Origin: Octopus vulgaris
Lineage: Eukaryota
Direction of reading: 5' to 3'
DNA: 64,000 nt
NCBI GenBank assembly: GCA_951406725.2
Contig: OX597820.1
Location: 45,942,001 to 46,006,000 of the forward strand
Shown: in pieces, positions 54,147 through 64,000 of the stretch
Layout: the number at the start of each line of letters is the position of its first letter
Numbering within the stretch: the first letter of the stretch is position 1
Translations under genes and position numbers: made by a program
Notes under the pieces: generated by a model
The model's database searches: none
Seen by the model: only the letters and a program-made list of their open reading frames with translations
Told to the model about the DNA's origin: nothing

Positions 54147-55857
54147 TACACAGAGAGAGAAAAACACAGAAAGAAGGAGAGAAAAAAAATGCGTGCAGTA
54201 GCTAACGAATCAACATGGCGATCTGATTTCGGCCAGAGGTCAAAGATCAAACATGAGACGCGAGAGCGAAATAAGGGGAGATAATAGGGTTGATAAAAGG
54301 GTTGAGGGACCAGCTAAAAGTGCGTGGGAGGGGTCTGGATGTGTGTATGTATAGGGTTGGTGTATGTATTAGTATGTATAAGGGTGTGTGTGTGTGTGTG
54401 TGTGTGTGTATGAGAGAGTATTAGTGCGTAAGATTGGTCTGGACGTGCGTATGTATGGGGTTGGTGTATGTATTAGTATGTATTAGTATGTATTAGTACG
54501 TATTGGTATGTATAGGTGTGTGTGTGTGTGTGTGAGAGAGTATAAGTGCGTATGCGGGGTCTGGACGTGTGTATGTATAGGGTTGGTGTAAGTATTAGTA
54601 TGTACTGGTATGTATTAGTACGTATTAGTATGTATTAGTTGGTGTGTGTATTAGTATGGCACATCATATGTGATGTGATGTGTAAAGTCATGTGGTGTAG
54701 TGAGGAGAAGAGGGGGAGGGGGAGAAGAGGGGGAGAGAAGGCGAGGGGGAGGAGAAGGGGGAAGAGGAGAGGAGGGGGAGAAGGAAGGGGAGGAGGGGGA
54801 TGAAGGAGGAAAGAGGGAGAGGGGGATATGTAGATAGGTGTATTTATGTGTATGTGTGTGGGTGTGTGAATATAGATATGAAAGTAAACAGATCAACATA
54901 CGGACGGATAATTACAAAGGTTATATGAACAAACAAGCACACACACGCAAATGAAGACTGAAACACATGACCATAAATACATACACACACACACACTTTA
55001 CTTCATACAAGGACACATATTTAGACACACGTCCACACATATGGAGATGCACATCCATACATAGAATCACAGTACATAGTTGCAAAACACACACATACAC
55101 ACACAAAGATACAGAAGTACACACACACATATATATACAAACATACACACACATACGCACATACATAAAAAAACACTCAAACACCACAGACATGCAAACA
55201 CATGAATATGCAGAATACATACATGCAAAGGTACACACATAGATAGATACATATGTACACACATACATACATGCATACACACATGCATATATACATACAA
55301 GGCTGCGAGCTGGCAGAATCGTTAGCACGCCGGGCGAAATGCGTAGCCGTATTTCGTCTGCCGTTACATTCTGAGTTCAAATTCCGCCGAGGTCGACTTT
55401 GCCTTTCATCCTTTCGGAGTCGATAAATAAAGTACCAGTTAAGCACTGGGGTCGATGTAATCGACTTAATCCGTTTGTCTGTCTTTGTTTGTCCCCTCTA
55501 TGTTTAGCCCCTCGTGGGTAGTAAATAAATATATATACATATATGCATGCATGTATAGGCACACACACACACACTGATCCACACATATGCACACAAACGA
55601 ACAAAAAGGAACGCAATGTGAGTAACGGCTAAAGTCAACGTATATTGAAAAGGTTGCAAGACGCAACGAAAATTATTTAGAAAAATAAAAGAGAAATAAC
55701 TGAAATTTTTACTGGTGAGTGTGTTAAATTATAAGGCACCAAAAGAGAATGTCTCTCCCCAGACACAGCAGAATATATATATATATATATACACACATAC
55801 ATGTACCTATTTATGCATATACATACATATACATACATACAAGTGCGTACAACGAAC

Positions 55858-55925
<68 letters not shown>

Positions 55926-56003
55926 CAAAATGTGACCACGTGTGTACCGTTGGCGATTTTTTTCCCCTCTGTCTTCCCTTCTCTGGATCTTTCCTTCTCC
56001 TAT

Positions 56004-56036
56004 GTTTCCGACGAGAGCTCCGCTCGAAACGTTAAC
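56004..56036 (+). ncRNA. Minimal hammerhead-like motif (core CCGACGA) in solo pLTR-like fragment
   Basis: GUUU-CCGACGA-GAGC(UCC)GCUC-GAAA-CGUU-AAC, followed by tgagcgtccaataatac similar to the pLTR. Next to (TA)n. Confidence 0.6.
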
Positions 56037-56255
56037 CCCCCCCCCCTTCTTTCATTCTTTCTTGAGCGTCCAATAATACTATATTTGTTCCACATCCTTG
56101 CGTTGTAGTATTTTTTGTGCTTTCTTGTTTGGATTAACTATTTATATGTATGAACGTATGAAAATTTTACCGGAGAGTGTGTTAAATTATAAGGCACCAA
56201 AAAAGAATGGCTCTCCCCAGACACAGCAGAATATATACATATATATATATGTATA

Positions 56256-56323
<68 letters not shown>

Positions 56324-57008
56324 TACATGTACCTATTTATGCATATACATACATACAAGTGCGTACAACGAACGTATATATATATATATATATATGAACG
56401 TATGCGTGCATGTATGTATGTATGTATGCATGTATGTACGTATGTTGAATCTAGGTATACCTTTGTATATGTATGCGTGTTTTCATCTAGTGTCTTAGTT
56501 ACGTTAATGACCTGCTTATAAAATCTATAAACACCTCGTTAACAGGAAGAAAAAGACGAAACAGTTAACAACAACAACAATACCAACAACAAAGAAATCT
56601 TATATCACAAAGCAACACCAATACAAACACAAACATACCCACCTTCTCCGTTTCTCCGTTCCCTCCCCGTAGTTATCTTTCTTAGCTGACGTCTTTGCCA
56701 AAATATCGTGGCCTAAATTAATACTTGTGGCTACTGTAGGGATTATCATTAATTCTAATCCTTATTTGATCTTAAGCAATGTCAGCATATGTTCCACTTT
56801 AACCCAGAAATAATCCTTGAAAATTCACTATTGAGGTTATTAATGGCCTTAGTCTGGACTATAGTGTTAATCATTACACCTTTACACAAGCACCTAAGCA
56901 ACATCAATACCACTACTGCCCTCAAACACCAGTATAATGCATATGTGTAGACATACACACACAGACACGCACACACACGCGGACACTCACACATACACAT
57001 ATACATCC

Positions 57009-57235
57009 TACACGCGGATAAGTGTGCGATGGGTAAATTGCCACCATTTTATATTTATAATTTCGCGCGTGCGATTTGTTTTTATTTTTATTTTGTCGAC
57101 TATACAGTATAGTAGGGTCAGCTGGGCTCCGTATGTTAGAAAAAACAGCACCATGACGCAGTTCCCTCTGCCAGAAATTTAGAAACGATATGCTGTACTG
57201 CTTGGCATTCGCGCCGGAAGTTCCAATACGAACAT
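57009..57235 (+). mobile_element. 5' end of a Tc1/mariner-like element truncated by the gap
   Basis: TA-started end, then atgacgcagttccctctgccagaaatt giving an MTQFPLPEI*KRYAVLLGIRAGSSNTN HTH-like start. Confidence 0.45.
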
Positions 57236-57335
57236 NNNNNNNNNNNNNNNNNNNNNNNNNNNNNNNNNNNNNNNNNNNNNNNNNNNNNNNNNNNNNNNNN
57301 NNNNNNNNNNNNNNNNNNNNNNNNNNNNNNNNNNN
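57236..57335. other. Assembly gap (100 N)
   Basis: Run of N. Confidence 1.
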
Positions 57336-57684
57336 AAATAATTTTCAGATCCTTTTTTGATCATTCCAAGCGCTCCTACAATCACAATTATTATTATCCT
57401 TATTGTTGTTGTTGTTCACAATTGCCATTACATGCTAATTTATGTGGCAGAGATATTATTCTGAGGTTTGGTAAAGTTTCAAAAACGAAATCTCTCTTAG
57501 GGTTCTTGTACGTAAAATACAGGATGGTATTTTTCTTGCAGGTCGACATTACGTGTTTTAGTTCCTGTGTGGTTTCAGTCTCTTAGATAGCAATTTGTGT
57601 GTTATGCCGAGTGCACCAATTACCAAATTACCACAGGAACAATTCTCACCGGTGTGTTCCACAATCTCTTTATATTTCTCTGGT

Positions 57685-57760
<76 letters not shown>

Positions 57761-57785
57761 GCTACTACTACTACTGCTGCTGCTG

Positions 57786-57820
<35 letters not shown>

Positions 57821-57866
57821 GCTGCTACTACTACTACTACTACTACTGCTACTACTGCTACTGCTG

Positions 57867-57925
<59 letters not shown>

Positions 57926-57958
57926 GCTGCTGCTGATGCTGCTGTTGTTGTTGTTGTT
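57685..57958. repeat. (CTA/CTG)n microsatellite
   Basis: Directly visible. Confidence 0.95.
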
Positions 57959-58339
57959 AAGCAACAAGACGGGTAAGGGTGATTAGGTGATAGTCTAGGG
58001 CATTGGGGCGGGAGACCCCCAGACCTTGGAAAAAAAAAACTTTGGTCGTCTTGTTGTAGTCGAGGGCTCTTCGTTGACGCCCGACATCACTGGGAGGTAG
58101 CCCTCGAAGTCGCTGGAAATGGAGATCTCCAGGTCCAAATTCTTGAACGGTTGCTACTGCTGCTGCTGCTGCTGTTGCTGCTCAAACAATGCCGTCACTT
58201 AATTCTATAGTCATAAAATGCATACTGATAGTGAAACATTATTTCCACGTATTCAGTCACTATTCAAATGATATATGTATTAATAAATAAATAAATTTTA
58301 CTCATCCATCCATGCAGCCTTTCATTTTCTTTGCCCCTA

Positions 58340-59050
58340 TTCTTGGGAAGGTCGTAGGCGTAGATTCCTCTGGCACTTCTTCCATAAGGTCTCATCAGAA
58401 ACAACCATCATTACACTTTCCGGGTGGATTCACAAACGTGTCCAACAGACTATGGTTATTATCCAACCATCACGCTCTTGGTCTACCCGCTAGGTCTCCT
58501 GTCAGTTGGCTTGTCTTGAAAAATTTGTCTAGCTGTTCTCTCCTGCGACATTCAAATCACATGTTCCTAGTAACTGTAAAAAAAAAAGTTACCTTCTCGA
58601 GACATACCGACTCATAAGAGCCGGTTTCCAGGTTTCATGGTGTATATATTTCCAACCTGGACGGGCCACCGATCCGTCGCAGGATTACTCATTTTTGCCA
58701 GCTGAGTGGACTGGAGCAATGTGAAATGAAGTGTTTTGCTCAAGAACGCAACGCATCGCCCGGTCCAGAAATCAAAACCACAATCTTACGATTATGAGTC
58801 GAACACCTTAACCACTAAGCCACGCGCCTCCGCATGTCCATAGCATGGAGTTGTGACTCTCAATGCGGAGAAGTAGCGTCTCTACCAGGGAAGACTCTCT
58901 GATCTCCAAGTTACACGCTTTGTCGAGTGACGTTACCCCAGGGATCCTTCAGAAGAATCCCATTGCAGCTGCTTGTATTCAAAATCATACGCTTTCGGTC
59001 ATTACACGACATTCATGACCATAAATGAGGATAGGCGCGGAAATCGAATT
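58340..59050 (-). pseudogene. Decayed RTE-type LINE 3' fragment interrupted by a SINE (58570-58832)
   Basis: The minus strand reads YGHECRVMTES..IQAAAMGFF..GVT.LDK..VETLLLRIESQL, with a GRPR.W.D-like segment near 58440-58495. Confidence 0.7.
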
Positions 59051-60129
59051 GAAGATAGTGGGTTTGGCTATTTTTTTTTTTTTTTACCAATTTTTCCTTT
59101 TCAGAGGATCGAATGAGACGCACAAACGGGTTTTCACACTTTTTCCATCTACCAAATTCATTCACAAAACATTAATTGGCCTAGGGCTATAATGGAAGAC
59201 ATTTATCCAAAGTGCTGTACCTGTTTACAAAGCGAGCTTCTCAATAAAACAGCAAGGCCTTCGCTACAATCATGCAATTTACACAATCTCCTGGTCTTCT
59301 TTGAGCTCAAGAATATTACTGGCTGGTTACTGCAACACTCAGATTTTCTTACTTTTGATGATGTCTTTAATTATTCAATGTAATTATGCCTCTGATCGTT
59401 ATAATGTTGAAAAGCTCACGGGCAATCTTGCTATATGAAAGCATAATCTTCTCCAAGATCTCCAGATATGGTATATTCTTTACGATGCCCTTCGGCTAAT
59501 GTGTGTGATTGACCCCTTTTCCAGATGTTGTCTGAGATCGTGACATAATTATCACATTACTTAAACTGTCATATTCACGCAATCTAGATGAAACTCTGTA
59601 TGACGTCGGACGTACACTCGGCCGCAAGAGTCGAACGAAATACGTTTCACTTCATCTGATCACAAGATTTTGACCAGTCAGACGAGTCCACCTCTTACAT
59701 CTATTAAAAATCTAAAACTAGACACATGAGTTTTTTCTGAGAAATGTACGCCCCTCCCCCCTGCCTTATTTACTCATAACAAGTCCAACAAGCTCAAACT
59801 GCTTTGGTCTATTCTATCGAACGTCGTTCAAAATGTCAACGACAGCCAGTCAGTCAGTTTCCATATACAAACACAGACAAACAATGAATGCATCGATCCA
59901 CTTTTTTTTTGTATCTTTTCGCAGCCGCCCTGACCAAGAACGGTCAGATTAGCCACCAGATTCATTAATAATAGACCGGAATATGATGTGTAGCTGTTAT
60001 TGAGTATCTAACTTCACCAGCTATGGCTCCACCATTTTATTTCTGCTTATGCAGTTGAACAATTCTCAATTGTTTTTCATGGTAAGCTTTTTCGTTTGCA
60101 CGTCACAGCAGATATTGGCGCGTTATATC

Positions 60130-61510
60130 ATTAACATTGGTTTCAAATTTTGGGAACAAATGCCGAGGGCCCAGTCGATTACATCGACCCTAGCGCTCAA
60201 CAGGTACTTATTTAATCGATCCCGAAAAGATGAAAAGCAAAGTCAACCTCGGTGGAATTTGAACTCAGAACGTAAAGACGGACGAAATGCCGCTAAGCGC
60301 TTCGCCCGGCATGCTAACGATTCTACCAGCTCGACACCTTTATTATATCATTGATATTGATTTCAAATTTTGCACAAGGCCAGCAATTTCGGGACAAGAG
60401 AGTAAGACGATTACATCGACCTCAGTGTTCAACTGGTATTTATCTTATCGACTTCGAAAGGCTGAAAGGCAAAGTCGACCTCAGCGGAATTTGAACTCAG
60501 AACGGGAAGACGGTTGAAATGCCGCTAAGCATTCTGGGTTCAAATTCCCTCGCGGTTGACTTTGACTTTTAGCCTTTCGAAGTCGATGTAATCGACTTAC
60601 TTGCTCCCTCGAAGCTGCTGGCCTTGTGCCAAAATCTGAAATCAATATTAATAGTTAATTAAAAGACGGTGAGCTGGCAGAATTGTCAGCGAGTCGCACA
60701 AAACGTTTAGCCGTATTTCTTCAAGCTTTACGTTCTGAGTTCAAACTCTGCCGTGGTAGCTTTTGCCTTCCGTCACTTCGGATTCGATAAAATAAGTACC
60801 GGTTGACTACCGGAATCAATGTAATCGACTTAAGCTCCCCTAAAATTGTTAGCCTTAATATCGGTTTCAAATTTTGACACAAGGCCAAATTTTGACACGG
60901 GAAGAGGGTAAGTCGATTACATTGACCCCAGAGTTCAACTGATGCTTCTTTTATTGACTTCCGAAAGGATGAAAGGCGAAGTCAACTTCGGCGGAATTTG
61001 AACTCAGAACGTAAAGTTGGATGAAATGCCACTAAGCATTTTGTCCGGCGTGCTAACGATTCTGCCAGCTCGCCGACTTACAATACAGTATATACTTCTT
61101 TACTACCCACAAGGGGCTAAACACAGAGGGGACAAACAAGGACAGACAAACGGATTAAGTCGATTACATCGCCCCCAGTGCGTAACTGGTACTTATTTTC
61201 TTCACCCTGAAAGGATGAGAGGCAAAGTCGACCTCGGCGGAATTTGAACTAGGAACGTAACGACAGACGAAATACCTATTTCTTTATTACCCACAAGGGG
61301 CTAAACACAGAGAGGACAAACAAGGATAGACAAACGGATTAAGTCGATTATATCGACCCCAGTGCGTAACTGGTACTTATTTAATCGACCCCGAAAGGAT
61401 GAAAGGCAAAGTCGACCTCGGCGGAATTTGAACTCAGAACGTAGCGACAGACGAAATACCGCTAAGCATTTCGCCCGGCGTGCTAACGTTTCTGCCAGCT
61501 CGCCGCCTTC
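60130..61510. mobile_element. SINE cluster (GCCTTTCATCC core family), mostly minus strand, including a dimer at 61095-61509
   Basis: Repeated ggatgaaaggcaaagtcgacctcggcggaatttgaactcagaacg. Confidence 0.85.
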
Positions 61511-62109
61511 ATACTATGCATTATAATATCGAATATTAATAGTTTTTCCAAAACGTTTCTTAAATTAAGTAACGTTCATTATTGTAGTTTATCAATACTG
61601 TCACTAATTTTTTTTACATTAATTAAAATATACATGTTTAAACTTACAAGATTCAAAAGAATAAAACGTTCTCATTTTCTTCACATTTCATTTCAGTCAT
61701 CGTTAATAAACGGAAATAATTAACGTTTAATTATAAGTTTACTTTCGTGTTTAAATTAACTACCACCACTTATATGTGTGAGTATGTCGACGCTACTCGC
61801 TAAGTGTGTGTGTATAAATCATGCATCACGCTATCAACCAGATTATCGGATGTTGTTATACATCGCCGGTCACAATGCACTCTGCATCCTTTTAGCTTTC
61901 GAATGATGCCACCCCGCTGGCCAGACGAGCAGACCCACACTCCCCCTCATCGAAGGGCTTATACTCCTTCGCAGTGTTACCCGTTTACAGCTGAATGGAT
62001 CGGGGCAACGTGAAATGAAGTGTTTTGCTCAAGGACACAACGCGCAGCCGGTCTGAGAATCGAAACCAAAGTCTCACGATCGCGAGTGCAACAACTCTAA
62101 CCAATAGGC

Positions 62110-62189
<80 letters not shown>

Positions 62190-62376
62190 TATATATATAT
62201 ATTTTATGAATTTTTGTTGCAAGATTCCTGATGTGAAACCATGTGTTGATACAGGCATTATTATATTTCGGGACGGTCACCCAATTTTTTAGGGGGGGGT
62301 GGGGCAAATAAACACACGTACTATATATTCGTTCTTTATTCGTTTATTGCAGTCCTTATTTTAACTTATGCCCATT

Positions 62377-62419
62377 GTCCGGAAATCTTTCGTCACACAT
62401 CTGTTACCTCTTCAGCGAC
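62377..62419 (-). ncRNA. Hammerhead-like motif
   Basis: GUCG-CUGAAGA-G-GUAACA(GA)UGUGUGAC-GAAA-GAUU-UC-CGGAC; stems imperfect. Confidence 0.5.
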
Positions 62420-62534
62420 ACTTTCCGTCCTCGTGTATGCTCTTGCTCTGCTTAACCCATTCTGTTCGTCTGTAGATAGAAGATAAACACACCAACAAGA
62501 AGTGTGTCAACGGTGTGACAAGCACAGACACATA

Positions 62535-62597
<63 letters not shown>

Positions 62598-62614
62598 ACG
62601 CACGCACGCACGCA

Positions 62615-62655
<41 letters not shown>

Positions 62656-62841
62656 CCGACAGGATCCTTTCAGTTTCCGTCTACCAAATCCACTCACTAG
62701 TCTTTGGTCGGCCCGGGACTGTAGGAGAAGACACCTGGCCAAGGTGCCACGCAGTGGGACTGAACCCGGAACCCCGTGGTTGGGAAACAAGCTTTTTATC
62801 ATACTGCCACGCTTGCGCCTATTATATATATATGTTGTGTG

Positions 62842-63243
62842 AAAGCGGTGAGCTGGCAGAAACGTTAGCACGCCGGGCGATGTGCCTAGCGGTATTTCGT
62901 CTGCCGTTACGTTCTGAGTTCAAATTCCGCCGTGGTCGACTTTGCCTTTCATCCTTTCGGGGTCGATAAATTAAGTACCAGTTACGCACTGGGGTCGTTG
63001 TAATCGACTTGATCCGTTTGTATATCCTTGTTTGTCCTCTCTGTGTTTAGCCCCTTGTGGGTAGTAAAGAAATAGGTATTTCGTCTGCCGCTACGTTCTG
63101 AGTTCAAATTTCGCCGAAGTCGATTTTGCCTTTCATCCTTTCGGTTTCGATAAATTAAGTACCAGTTACGAGCTGAGGTCGATCTAATCGACTGTCTCCC
63201 TCCCCCAACATTTCGGGCCTTGTGCTTTGATTAGAAAAAATAG
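62842..63243 (+). mobile_element. Dimeric SINE with 12-bp TSD
   Basis: atatgttgtgtg at 62830-62841 and 63244-63255. Confidence 0.85.
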
Positions 63244-63455
63244 ATATGTTGTGTGTGTGTGTGTGTGTGTGTGAATACTTGACCCTACAAACGAGAAAAA
63301 AAAACCCCATAAGCTATTTAGAGTATGTTACGAAATCAGTGGTAAACCCTTGAGTAGTGACAGAAAGTTCAACACTACAATGGATATACGTTTACGTACG
63401 TACTCACAGGAACACACACATACACGCGCGCGCCACTTACATATATAGGTATATA

Positions 63456-63976
63456 TCGTAAATCCTCGAGTATAATCCGCATTTTTTCCCCAAAATTTAA
63501 AGGTCAAAATCCTTAGTGCGTACTCTATACGAGATTAAAAATGAAAATTATTTTCTAAGCAATGTCCGGGTCTCTATTTGCTGTCCGGCAATGTTTATTC
63601 AGACGCATTTTGTGATGTCGGGCGCGAAAATACCTTAAGCTAAGCCTGAAAGCAATGAAGTCATAAAAGAATCACCCATAACTTGCAGTAAACAACATTT
63701 ATTAAACGTTATTAGTCTTATTACTGTTATTTCTTTATTTTCTGCAAACAAAATCCACAAAAAAGCTACACGTTTGCATTATGTTATATGTACAATAATA
63801 ATAAAGGACGTTACTGTATACATTTTTACAAACTAAGGACGTTATATAGACTTCCTTGACTCAAGTTAGAGAAGAGGTGCGTATTATGCACACGGTTTAG
63901 GTTTTTCAGAGGTACAGCCCCCTAAAAATCCCCTGCGTATTATACTCAAGGGCAGACTGTACTCGAGGATATACGG
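63456..63976. mobile_element. Intact pogo/Tc1-type TA-MITE
   Basis: TA|tcgtaaatcctcgagtataatccgc ... gcagactgtactcgaggatatacgg|TA. Confidence 0.88.
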
Positions 63977-64000
63977 TATCTGTGCATGCACAAACATACA

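Larger units (their letters stand above)
49530..54824 (-). mobile_element. Penelope-like retroelement (Neptune-type), copy B
   Basis: Near-identical reverse complement of copy A. pLTRs at 49530-~50500 and 54004-54824; 3' end abuts (TA)n. Confidence 0.95.

Overview
AT-rich, microsatellite-dense eukaryotic DNA. It looks like an octopus/coleoid genome, inferred from the SINE repertoire and not verified. I recognise no host protein-coding exon, and there is a 100-N gap at 57236-57335. The main features are two young, near-identical ~5 kb Penelope-like retroelements (RT + C-terminal GIY-YIG, Neptune-type Zn linker) in opposite orientation at 30165-35190 (+) and 49530-54824 (-). Each has tandem pseudo-LTRs carrying a minimal hammerhead-like motif with an unusual CUGUUGA core. 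At least eight further hammerhead-like motifs from several sequence families lie in short elements, mostly beside (TA)n/(CA)n tracts; two of them are the arms of a perfect 184-bp-arm palindrome. Also present are an intact tRNA-Ser(GCT), two decayed Merlin/IS1595 transposons with nested Merlin-like MITEs, mariner/pogo remnants and MITEs, a non-autonomous Helitron, LINE fragments (RTE, CR1/L2-like), a ~74-bp satellite, and many tRNA-derived SINEs, some inserted as multimers or composites (shown by shared TSDs). Most ORFs in the supplied track are microsatellite artefacts.
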